A stretch of DNA of 64,000 nucleotides, taken from Catajapyx aquilonaris. Lineage: Eukaryota. The stretch is from contig KZ538268.1 in the NCBI GenBank assembly GCA_000934665.2, positions 1-64,000 on the forward strand, in the 5' to 3' direction. Positions 49,201 to 62,642 of the stretch are shown piece after piece (positions within the stretch are counted from its first letter, which is position 1; each line of letters starts with the position of its first letter). The translations under genes and the position numbers were made by a program. The notes beneath the pieces are model-generated. The model worked only from the letters and a program-made list of their open reading frames with translations. It did not search any database and had not been told where the DNA came from.

Positions 49201-51477
49201 ACCAAACAAATCAACCCAATTTTTCCAGCTTGAATATAATGACACCATCACAAGGACATGACCTTATCTAATAACCAAAAAAATCATTCAAAAAACTCAC
49301 TGGTGCTGGCTGAAGCTGGTATCCAGCTGGTAGGATGACTGCCTGTGGGTAGACCACAGAAAAGGGTCCACCAGGAGACGACTGAGTGACCACTCCTATT
49401 TGCTGCTGCTGCCCCAGTACCTGGTGATGGTGATGGGCTTGTGCCATGGTTGAAGTTGCAGGGGGCGGAGCTGACATCTGATGAGGGTTAATGTACATTG
49501 CTTGAGTTGGGTCCTGGCCTGGGGGTGGCGCTGAGGTGTAGTATACACCATTGGCAGATGCCATCACTGGGTTATAGGCAGCATAACTGGTCGAGTACAC
49601 CAATGCAGGTGGGCTGCTGCTTGAACTGCCTCCACTTCCTACAGTTGGAGGAGTGGTGCTGCTGCCCATAAGGCGACCGCTGACACCCGAGGAGGAGGAG
49701 GAAGCATCACTGTCCCCATTGTTGATTGCACTTGGGGGTGACTGGGGTGTTAGCGGCACCTGCTGGGCATGATGGTGATGGTGATGGTGTTGCATCGAGG
49801 AACCGGATGACCCATGGTGTTGCTGTGATGACACGCCTGTTAAGACCTCGAAGCTCCGACTGAACGGTTGTTTCTTGATGGCTGGAGCTATGTTCAGCTT
49901 TCGATCTTTCAGGATTATGTTATCACCCTAGGTTGTGATGGGAAACAAAAAGTAATCCTGTAATCATGCAATCAGAATTTAATGCAAGTGTGCCACACTC
50001 TGCAGTAATAACTCAGAGCTTGGGTAATAATGTCAACAACTTTCAACAATGTAAACCAAGAAATATCAAAAACAGCATCAGTACCCAAGTTCAATTACTA
50101 GGCTTACACATGATTTTCAAAAAGGTGCAAAATGAGATGTGGAATGCAAGTTAGCTGCTGATTATTATTACTGCTGACATCTTTGTCGACGACAACTTGC
50201 ACCAAGTATCTTATTTCCATCCTTAGGCAAGTTATCTACTGAACTAGCCCAGCAGGTTATTTGATGGCAAGGTTTGTGTTGCAAGTGTAATAGCCTGTTC
50301 CAATGCCACTTCCTTTTACCAGCACACTACTAGGCATACGAATATCAGAGTGATATGTATGGGGCTTTAAAAATTGGGGTAAGTACAAGCTTATTGAAAT
50401 TTTGCAATTTTTACAAGGAAACTGCCCAGTGCATTGAATAGTCTGCATCAAGGAGACGGCTGTAAGATGGCAGAAAATTGACAATTTCATTTCATTTTAG
50501 AATTAACACAGGCATTTCCAGTGCACTCCTGTTGCCAGATTGCACCAACCGAAATTACTGCTCCAATAGCTCCTAATGGATCGTTAGAAGCCCTTTTAAC
50601 GTGTGCTAACGATCTGTTAGGAGCTATCAAATTGGTAATTTCATTGGTGCAATCGGTCATGAGAGTGTCAGTTATGGAGTCACTTAGATTGCTATGAGAA
50701 TGTGTAGATATTTTCTGGATAACTGCAGTTGTGAAAGGCTTGGTGGGTTGAGGTTATAACAACAAAGGAAGAAATACTAAATTAACCTACACAGTAAATA
50801 TAAATATCGCAGAGATCATTCTGGGACTGATAGTAATTCATAAGGCAGTTCCCATCTACCGACGTAGAAGTTGAGCAGAGTATTGAAGCCTACTTCTGGT
50901 CTGACACTGACACCCTGGCTGGCCAATAATATGGTTTAAACCGTACTATACAGAAACTCTGCAATTGATTTGTATGTTGTGCTCTTCAAATAATTACATC
51001 CTAATAATATATTATAGTTTGTTACATTACATTGAAACTCCAATACAGTCATAAATCAGTGAAGAGTAATGCAGATGAGGCATGAATTCTCTCATATTTC
51101 AATGTACTGTAACAGTTTAGTGCAATTCCAAACAATATGGGCAAAAGAATTAAGCTCACCTCTCTGAGCAGCCTCTGAGCTTCACTGTCTGATTCGAAGG
51201 TAACAAACCCGTACCCCTTCGAAACCCCAGCTCGGTCAGAAATAATCTTGACTGCCTTGATGACACCAAAGCAAGCAAAGAGTGTGGACATTTCCATCTC
51301 AGTAGTCCCGGCAGGAAGCCCTCCTACGAATACACGGTTCGGGACCAAGGTCCCGTACTTGGGAGCATTGGCAGCTGCTGCAGCAGCAGCACCATAATTT
51401 CCTCCACTACCTCCTCCGTTGCTCCCTCCAGTGCTAATTCCGCTGGGTGGGGCCATTCCACTGGATGTCTGGTTCAT
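35098..51477 (-). CDS. bol: Boule (DAZ-family RRM protein), ~526 aa in the preferred model
   Basis: Exons 51477(acceptor 51531)-51160, 49927-49301, 39847-39539, 35424-35098; phase-0 GT-AG joins. APKYGTLVPNRVFVGG...IISDRAGVSKGYGFVTFE...EAQRL...LKDRKLNIAPAIKKQ is the Boule RRM. The start codon and last exon are less certain. Confidence 0.85.
36080..36646 (-). CDS. Candidate alternative terminal exon of boule (tandem acceptors, two possible frames)
   Basis: Pyrimidine tract followed by TAG|GGCAG|; ~550 nt free of stops in all three minus-strand frames; lies between boule exons 3 and 4. Confidence 0.45.
   Translation of the reverse strand, partial: GSSEPRVPLRSLHLPRGALQLAPLHLPSHPPRPNSSPHLPPPRPTRPCHQVLPHPLPRNSLPLPLHFRSHSPSLHLPTQLPLQPAFCTAPRPTPRGITSGSYIQPLHHQLLRPLHCPVQDHPPMDLPPLPPLQHRVAITGDGEEPGGGLHPVVGDGGVGMPKPGDMAGKVVPVLLALPRCTTPGTRRP
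38592..38636. repeat. (AAAAAATT)n tandem repeat
   Basis: About five copies of an 8-bp unit. Confidence 0.85.
38870..39057. mobile_element. Dispersed repeat fragment; second copy at ~42580-42732
   Basis: Shared gaaaaagtgctaccaatttca..atacacacccattcaa..cacattca.ctaagct..gt.accttgaacc, both ending in cgccact (DNA-transposon-like terminus). Confidence 0.6.
41067..41319. mobile_element. hAT MITE (nested)
   Basis: TIR cagtgcttcccaa versus ttgggaagcactg; perfect 8-bp TSD GTCTACAT at 41059-41066 and 41320-41327. Confidence 0.88.
41359..42391. mobile_element. Non-autonomous DNA transposon with ~205-bp inverted arms (nested; superfamily uncertain)
   Basis: 41359-41563 is the reverse complement of 42188-42391 with scattered mismatches; termini gggtgcagtttagag versus ctctaaactgcaccc. 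Confidence 0.8.
42398..42807. mobile_element. Second hAT-like MITE (nested), containing a further repeat fragment
   Basis: Ends caatggttcccaac versus gttgggaaccactg, related to the 41067 element; TSD not preserved on the left. Confidence 0.65.
43527..44325. mobile_element. piggyBac-type fold-back MITE (~350-bp near-identical arms)
   Basis: TTAA TSD at 43523-26 and 44326-29; termini ccccttcggccccagatcggcc versus ggccgatctggggccgaagggg. Confidence 0.92.
45300..45763. mobile_element. PIF/Harbinger-like MITE
   Basis: Inverted ends agtggactctacacagtcaatccgactct versus agagtcggatcgactgtgtagacaccact; TAA on both flanks. Confidence 0.7.
45590..45713 (-). mobile_element. 124-bp 5'-truncated non-LTR retrotransposon 3' end with (CAAT)n tail
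   Basis: 17-bp TSD GAAGGTTCAATGGTCGA at 45573-45589 and 45714-45730; terminal stem GGCGCA...TGCGCC followed by TTTAAACC and a tetranucleotide tail. Confidence 0.85.
46228..46618 (-). mobile_element. tRNA-derived SINE, family B, with (TAA)n tail
   Basis: A box TGGCCGAGTTG, B box GGTTCGATCCC, ~60-nt (TAA)n tail at 46228-46287; second copy at 1-113. Confidence 0.82.
48498..49132. mobile_element. Non-autonomous piggyBac-like element
   Basis: TTAA-CCCT...AGGG-TTAA termini; subterminal inverted repeat cactttttgtgaccaag versus cttggtcacaaaaagtg. Confidence 0.72.
50524..50667. repeat. ~144-nt imperfect hairpin in the boule intron that splits the RRM
   Basis: gattgcacca..gaaattac..atagctcctaa..gatcgttag pairs with ctaacgatc..ttaggagctat..gtaatttc..tggtgcaatc. 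Confidence 0.7.
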
Positions 51478-51558
51478 AGACAGCGGGGGTATGGGGTTGG
51501 ATTGGTTATTCCAGCCCGAATCAAAGGCCAGCTGAAACAACAACTGATGTTAACTGAT

Positions 51559-51596
51559 GTTCCGCCAAAAGGGCTAATGGCCCATGGCGAAATAAA

Positions 51597-51647
<51 letters not shown>
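51559..51647 (+). mobile_element. 89-bp LINE 3'-end insertion (stem-loop, AATAAA, (TTA)n)
   Basis: 12-bp TSD ATGTTAACTGAT at 51547-51558 and 51648-51659; stem CGCCA..GGGC/GCCC..TGGCG. Confidence 0.8.
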
Positions 51648-51649
<2 letters not shown>

Positions 51650-52529
51650 GTTAACTGATATTAACAACTATTAATCAATGCCAGCCATAAAACCCATGGG
51701 AGATCATCTACCTTTGGCGGAGAAATTGGTCCTTCGTGGCATACTTTTAAAGACTTCAAGCAACCCAAACCCTACCCATTCCAAATAAAGTAGCCTTTTA
51801 GCCCCATTGTCAGTCACAAGATGCCCAGGAGGATGGCAACTGTTCCACAACAATTTATTGGCCTGCAACAATTATGAAACCCCCATGTCCTGAAACCTGC
51901 CAATGTGACATCCCCTGCCCAGGAAACTCACCTCATTTGGAGCAAAGTTTGATGTCATTATCAACCCTTGAAACATTCCAGTAATGGGGTCAATGACATC
52001 ACACCAGCTTTCCATTTTCTCAAAATCACAAGGTCTTCTGAACGTTATTGACTCAATAACAAGGATTGACAATGCTGCTACCTGGGTGACTAACTCCAAG
52101 TAACTTCAACGTGCCCAATCAATTACTAATCAGTAAGAAGTTTAACAGAAATACAGCCACCATCCTTGAAGCAAATTGAAGGATGAGGCGCTATCACACT
52201 CCTTTGAAGAGAGCTTACACGCTGCAGGGCATTGCTGTGTTTGTTCTTCTCTTTATTGTTTCGCTGCTCAATTGTTGTTGTTGTTGTTGTCGTTTGGGAC
52301 AGTTGCCTTGGCAGCCATTCTGACAGTTCCAGTCACACTGTTTCATGCAATGTTTCATACTACTGCATACAGTTGTGCCAGGGTTGTGCTCTATTAGCTA
52401 CCAAACCTCCAAACACTTATTTTACAAAGGGTCCATGACCTTTCGAGTCAGTTTGCAGCAGAGTTGGTACATTATCTGGGTGTTTTTTCTTCACAAAATT
52501 GCAGATGGAACAATGTCATTCTGAGATTT

Positions 52530-53450
52530 AATAAATTTAATTTTTACAACAATCAGATTCAATGGATATCCATTGCTGCCAACAGTTAGTAAACAAATGT
52601 TCCACATTTTTATTAATGTATCCCCCTGGAATGCATCGTCCGATGAAGGTAAATGACCTCTCTTTTAAATCAGCGTTTACTATAAAATCCTTGGCAGTTG
52701 CATGATTTCAACAGTGAGAATGCTACCTGCAGCAACGACACCAAGATTTAACAAGTTTATTATTACAAAAGAACTCATATTCAGCAAGGTTATCCATTGT
52801 TGCCAACAGGTAGTAAACAAGTACGTACCAGTATGACAAATTTTTCCGCGATCCACCTGGGGCAACCAGGGTTCAACGACCTACCTTTTAAAGAATCAGC
52901 ATTACTATAAATCGTTTGCAGTTGATTCCAGCAGTGTGAACGCTACCTGCAGCAATGGCACCAAGATTTTATTTATTTATTTCTTACCAAGAAACTCGAA
53001 TTCAAAATATGTTATCCCTCGTTGCCTATACAGTTAATACACAACCATCCAAATTGTTGTCAAATCCCAGATTTAATGTATCCACCTGGAGCAATTGATC
53101 ACCCTTGAGTTCAATGACCTCCCATTTACTATAAAATCCATGGTAGTTGACTCCAGCAGTGTGAATGCTACCTGCAGAAATGGTACCAAGCTAAGACCAT
53201 GGCACCATGATTCTGTACGTACATTATTTACAAGGAAACTCAGATTCATCAGATGTTATCCATTGTGGCTGACATTTAATACACAACCATCCAAATTTGT
53301 TAAATCTGAGATTCTTAACATGTCCAACCAGGTGAAAATGGTCATCCTTAAGGGTTCAATGACCTTCTTTTAATTTGCATTTACTCTAAAATCCCTGGCA
53401 GTTGCATGATTCCAGCAGTGTGAATGCTACGTGTAGCAACAATAACAAGG
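52530..53450. repeat. Diverged tandem repeat, ~4 copies of ~230 bp
   Basis: Recurring blocks ttatccattg.tgcc, gttcaatgacct, ttactataaaatcc and cagcagtgtgaatgctacctgcag at ~230-bp period. Confidence 0.8.
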
Positions 53451-53516
53451 GCCTGTTGCATCAAATTATGGCACACCCCTATTGTGAATACCTGCATGTA
53501 ATTAAGCAATATTGCA

Positions 53517-53572
53517 AGCTCAATGGATGCAAATTAGGAGTAATATTACTCCTAATTTGCATCCATTGAGCT
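53517..53572. repeat. 56-bp perfect palindrome, no spacer
   Basis: agctcaatggatgcaaattaggagtaat|attactcctaatttgcatccattgagct. Confidence 0.97.
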
Positions 53573-53624
53573 GGCCCCTTTCAGTCCTTGCTGATCATTA
53601 CCAAAGTAAATGCAATTCTCACCA

Positions 53625-53812
53625 TTTTATTGTGGACACTCTCCCATGATAAGCATCGTGAAAGCATCCAGAATAACATTTTGCTGATACGAGATAGGAC
53701 TGGTTCCTCCTTTTTATGCTTAATATTGGAGCAATTAAGTGCAGTTTTATTGTGGACACTCTCCCCATAAGAAAAGCATGTGAAAGCGTCCTGAATAATA
53801 TTTTGCTGATAC
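53625..53812. repeat. Two-copy direct repeat, ~120-bp period
   Basis: ttttattgtggacactctcc...gtgaaagc.tcc.gaataa.attttgctgatac occurs twice. Confidence 0.75.
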
Positions 53813-54102
53813 CTGTTCCTTCTTTTTGTGCCTAATATTTGCACAATTTTTGCTGCAATTTTTCCCCACAATGCGAGTCATCCAGGAATGTTCCAACAGC
53901 TGCAAAAACCGCATGCTCCCTGTTATATTTAGACCCAGCAATTTCTCTCTATACAAACCAATAATTCGCATCAAAATCCAACCCTCCGACCCGACCTAAA
54001 AAAATTAAAAAATGGCAAGGCCGTCCACAATGTTCCTATTTTTATCCCCCTTCTATTTCCAGGGGATATTTGGTAGGCTTTGGATATAGCAAATGACCTT
54101 AC

Positions 54103-54700
54103 CGTCCGTGGGTAGCCTCGCAGCGACTGTGGCCTGAGCTTCGGCCAGAAACACCCTTCGTACACCACTGGTTCCTTTAAAAAACGTCGTTACTGTTTGA
54201 CCACGGGCCGGCGAAAGGCTCTGCCGCCTTTTGCCTTCTCTCTCTTTTTTTTGCGCCCTGCAGGCGGATGGATACGAGCCTTGGGGACGGGGGAGGGAAC
54301 GTAGTCGCACATTTGGCGGGAAACATCGCACGGCTCAATTCAGCTCCAAAATCCCGCAAATACCAACCAGGAGCGCTAATAGCACAACCATTTAGCTAAT
54401 TGCAATTACTGCGGGCGCATTAACGGTCTAATTGTGTCCACGAGGGGACTACATGCATGGCCGCATCACCCAATCCGCCCCTCCGAGCAAGTGGACTTGG
54501 CCTGTGACGTCACTCTTTTTTATTTTATTTTTTTGAACGACGGCGCCAGTTTGACTGGGGCATTTTATCTGCCATTTTCAGGCTTTTGGTATTAAATCTA
54601 GTGGCCAGGACTTACGTTGAAGGTGGGTTGTTAGAAGACTGCTGGGCCGGCGTCGATGGCTAGGCGGACGGCAGCTGTGGCTGCGAGAGGGAGGGTAGGA
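54103..54700 (-). promoter_or_regulatory. CpG island and probable non-coding first exon of boule
   Basis: Donor ACG|GTAAGG at 54103; CpG-rich; CCAAT near 54470 and CRE TGACGTCA at 54505-54512. Confidence 0.5.
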
Positions 54701-56353
54701 AGAGTGAGGAGAGGGGGGAAGGGAATGTGTTTGGGGTCATTAGCATCCCGTAGCTCAGTTTACAATATAGTTAGCCATGCGTTTAAAAAAATTGGAATGT
54801 GGTAAACATGTGGTTGGATAATCTCTCTTGAATCACGTGAGATAGGCGGCTTGCAAGTACAATAGCGTATCACATGTTATTTGATCGAGTTGTTGTGCAC
54901 GTAGGGCGGAAGTGATGTTACTGATTTTTTTTTTTTTTTTTGCGCAATGATTCAGTCTCATAGTGATATCTGGTTTGCTGCATTTTGTGGGGCATAATGG
55001 GTGTCAAATGGCTGTTACAGATTGAGTTACATATTTAACAACAGGTAGGTTTGTAACAGACAATGTGAATGGTAACTGCAGTAAATACAGGCTTTGCATA
55101 AAGAATACAGGCTAGTGTTTTTAACGGCATTGTGTCAGTCTGTACAGAGAGTTTAAGGTACATTTTACATCCTCATTATAATGCGCATAGAATTGACCTA
55201 TGTAATAGTGCCAGTTAGATTGTCTAGCCACACTCGCTCTTATTTAAAAGTTATTATTGAAGCATGATCAAAATAAACTGTTACATATTTTGCAATCATT
55301 AGTAAACGTCAGAATATCCACTGACGATATCTAAAAATAATAAAAGGCTGTTTTTATCCCGTTAGTATGCAATAAATCACAGCTTGCCAGAATGCTCATA
55401 ACTTACGTCCATAAACCATATATCATATTACACGATGTATCTATGCGTTTAAAACTGTGTCATAATTTTAAAGCTATGAATGGAATGAAGCGTGCCATTT
55501 CGTTAGCAATTATATGGTTCGTTTCTTGAGTTAATGATCTAATGCGTAACATTAATAAGAAAATTAACAAATCATGCAATTATATCCGAAATAAAGTGGC
55601 TCCCTTTTTAAACGGAATTTTAAATTTTGCTTCATATTCGCGATACAAATTTTAGAAACCAGAGAGGAGCTGAGTCAATTCTAAAAATTGCACAACTCAA
55701 ATTGCCTTGAAAAGTTGTGATTCATCAGCTGAGGTCACACTGTGAGTCTAGAAAAACGGTACATCTGAGGAGCACATTGATAGCAATATAAAAAGGGGAA
55801 ATATACGGATTATCTTACTGTTTCGAAGAGACTTAATCCAAGAAGAGGAGCGAATAAAACTCGAGTATTTGTTCCATTCCTGCGAAACATGCTTGAACCG
55901 GTGAGCAGATCAAGTTGGCATCTCGCCGACCCTTGGCTCCTGTTTTCGTTGCCTCTGCCAAATGGCCTTCTGGCTTGTTTAGCCGGCGCTCAGCCAGGTA
56001 TTATTAGCAAAGGCGGGCTTTTCTCCAGGAATAGGTCCCAGAAGTCATTCGATGCCCCAGAGTCCCCGGCTAAAAACATGGCTGCCCGCCGGGCGCCACA
56101 TGTCACACACCATATGGCAATCCCATCTAACTCTGAAAATGCCGCAATTAGTTTAATTCAAACATGCTATACTTTCATTCACTGCAACTTTGAACTTTGG
56201 TCAATTATTTGTTTATTAGTGGGGGAAAGGGGCACTGCGGCAATTTTTCAGAGTGAGCACCGAGTACTGTACAATGCAACATGTAAAGTCCGTTTGATTT
56301 TTATTTGTAGAGTCAAAGTTCAAAATGTGGTTCGAATTTAGAGCTGCTGCTAA

Positions 56354-56713
56354 AGGGCCGTTTACACTAGGAAACTTGTCAAATAACTAGTTGTACAACT
56401 AGTTGCAATAAAATCCCCCACGTGACCAGCTTCTCGACCCTCCCACCAACCCAACCTTGAACTTTCAAGATGGATTCCGTCGGATTCCCTATTCCCCCTC
56501 CCAGGTTGAACAACTAGTATGCTCCCTAGAGCTAAACTTTATGGCTCCACCCACGACTTATGGCTCCACCCACAACCAGAAAGTTGGTTGGATGACAAGT
56601 TGGAGCTTTTTCAGGTCAGGGCAAAACTTCCTATCTGTCCCATGTATTTTCAGGTTGGACAAAACTAGTTGCGCAACTAGTTATTTGACAAGTTTCCTAG
56701 TGTAAACGGCCCT
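56354..56713. mobile_element. PIF/Harbinger-type MITE between the boule and LSM12 promoters
   Basis: 40-bp perfect TIR agggccgtttacactaggaaacttgtcaaataactagttg; TAA TSD at 56351-53 and 56714-16. Confidence 0.88.
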
Positions 56714-56849
56714 TAACAAACGTAGTTCAAACCACGTGGAACTTTACAACCAACAACCTTTCCACAGTTTCCACATTTCTTAAATGCGTTTAAAATGAAA
56801 ATGTTGTACACAAGAGGCTAACGTTTAATCCCGTTTAAATTATTACACT

Positions 56850-59805
<2,956 letters not shown>

Positions 59806-60316
59806 GTTGCAGAACACGAGGACTTTGGGGGCCACCAAAATTTTCCAGAAACATTGGCAGCAAACTGGAGGAATCTGAAATCCTTGACAAATTTTGCAAA
59901 AAAAATTGTAATGATACTAGATTAGGCAGGGTGCTAGGGACAGGTGAGGGAGGGAGAGAAATTTTTTAAAATCGTTTTGCACAATTGCTGCAAAAAAATA
60001 AAATAAACATTGGTACTGCCCTTCTCCCCTACCAAACCCCCCAAGCTCATTAAAACACATTTCTCAAGCCTGCCTATATTCCACTCCACCCTATCATCGC
60101 ATCAGTTAAGTTATTTAGACTGATACTCAAAATAGGCAACAACATCTACAGAGAGTGCATGTGACATGCGAGTGAATGCAAGTGCGCAAATGATACCCCT
60201 CCACCTCCCCCCCCCCNCCCCCCTTCCAAATATCCCCAAGTCCTTCAAGTTACATTACAATGAATCATGCCTCCCGTTTCAAGCATGTATATAGGTTAAG
60301 ATGGGAGCCTTAAAAA

Positions 60317-60353
60317 AATAAAGAAAGTAATGTTAAGGCGTATAAAATTTATT
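60317..60353. terminator. Facing poly(A) signals of the convergent LSM12 (+) and CLP1 (-) genes
   Basis: AATAAA(+) at 60317-60322 and AATAAA(-) at 60348-60353; further + signals at 59997-60007. Confidence 0.5.
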
Positions 60354-60360
60354 TATCACA

Positions 60361-62592
60361 CTAGTGACTGTCCATAAATTGAATGTCAGACAAGACAAGA
60401 AGGGTCCTTGGAAGTGGGCGTGGCTGTGGACTTAGGACAGTCAACATTTGACGTTCCATATCCACCTGAGTCCTGGAAAAAAAATTGCTAAAATTAGTCC
60501 CCAAGTTGCTATGCCTGAGTCGATTTACTTACACGCAGATATATCCAGCAATGTTGGTCTGGATGACATCCTCATCAAGAGAAGCTGCAAAGCTCACGGC
60601 CAGCAAGTGATGGAGCAAGTTTGGACCTGGGAAACAGGCAAGTGAATTTACAGTGAGATTTACAGGTACAGAAACTCACTGGTAATCAAATGACTGGGAC
60701 TCGGGATTGCTGTAGCCAATTGGCAATTTCAATAGGCTTTGTCTTTTACATGCAGCACTCCTACAACTATGCTACAAGTTAATGCCCTACCCACCTCAAT
60801 GTTCAAAGGTTTTTAAAAATAAGCAAAAATTATACGTCAGGCATGGAAGCAGTAGTATATGCACACTTACCATAACATGGTATGAAATCGTGCTGACATT
60901 TACCAGTTTTCAGTGGAAACGGGAGATTTCATCATCTGAACCCCATTATTTATACGAGGGTTGTTTCATAAGTCATTGTGCATATTTTTAAATTCAAAAC
61001 CAGTAACACATACCTTTGCTGACCTTTGCTGAGTTTTGAAGCTCCGGTGATTACAATTTGACCTGGCATATAGATGTCATCCGTATCACAAGGGGGGCCT
61101 GGAAATAAAAGGGGATCGTGACCCTCCACCGCCCTAAGACGGTTGGAGCCTGACGAGCTTGGAGCTGCTGGACACTCTGAGATGGACAACACTGGGGCTT
61201 GCTTTCAAGTGTGGGACAAGTCAGAGCACTATGCTTAGGACTCTGAAAGACTGAACGTTCTCAGGAAGTTGGCATCCTCACTGGTTCCTCACCATCTCTT
61301 TGATGTGGAAAAGAGCCACCATTTTGCCTTCGCTTGGAACTCGATCGCATTGACGGCGATGGTTTTTTCAAACGGTTTGTGGCCATGGATGACACATGGC
61401 TCCAGTCATAGTGCTCTGACTTGTCCCACACTCGAAAGCAAGCTCCATTGTTGTCCATCGCCAAGTGTCCTGCATGCAGCTTCCAACAGCTTCAAGCGCA
61501 TCAGCTCGGGCTGTCTTAGGGCGATGGCGAGGTGGTCACATTCCCCCTTTGTTTCCCCGCCCCCTTCGCGATATGGGCGGCAGCTACTGTATATACCAGA
61601 TCAAATTGTAATCGCAAGATCTTCAAAACACAGCAAAGGTCATCTCTGTATGTGTTGCCGGTTTTGAATTTAAACATACGCGCAATGACTTATGAAACAA
61701 CCCACATACATTACTTACCAAACTATACCAGTTTGAATTATCATGGAAAGTCTCTCAGATCAGTGCCAACGCAGCACATGAGAATAATTATTATTCTGGG
61801 GTGAAATTTCCCAACAGAGAGAAGGGACACGTTTGGAGGGAACAGCAGTCATGTTAAGAAAAGGCAAGCACTGATAAGGGGAACTGGTTCACACAAAAGT
61901 TGACCTGTTTGCGAACATACAAAATTGTGGCCACTTCTGCGGCTGGACATTTGATGCATCACGTACAGGACGTGAAAGAAAGTGGCAATGAGGTGGAGGG
62001 ATCTATAGACAATCTCCACACTGTTTGTTGTCATTTGAGTTTACTTTACGTGCACTCCTGCTTACGATGCAACTCCTCTATTTGAAAATTCCAGAATATC
62101 TGATTTTCACATTCAATATTCCAGTTTCATTTTTGTGCACACCATAGGATATTAAAGCTTGCTCTATGGTGCCTGTCTTGACATATTTGAAAAGGGGTAC
62201 GCAACAAAAAAAGTTTGGGAAGCACGGTGCTAGGTGATTATTATTAACTACGAGGAGGATTACTCTGCTAGTTGATTTTTTTTTAGCCACGAAGAGGATT
62301 AATCAGCTAGGTGCATTATTACCCATGGGGACCGAAGCAGTTTGAAGGAGGGGATATGGTGTCCGACTGCTAATCGGGAGGTCCTGGGATATAATCTCGG
62401 GGCCAGGCTTTCTGTGGTTTCCCACGGTCCTTCCAGGAAAATTCCGAAGTTGCGTCCGTAATTAATAGGCCACGTCAGCCACTTCCTTCCGTCCCTATCC
62501 TATCCCAAAGAGCACAGTAAAGTGCAAGCAAAGAGTTCCAGGAAAAACAAACTTCTCCCCCTACAGAGCCGATGGCTGATAATGGGGTATGA

Positions 62593-62642
<50 letters not shown>

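Noticed and set aside
53971..54168. Coding first exon of boule
   Set aside because: The frame joining exon 2 has an in-frame stop at 54190-92 and no ATG, so it is treated as 5' UTR.
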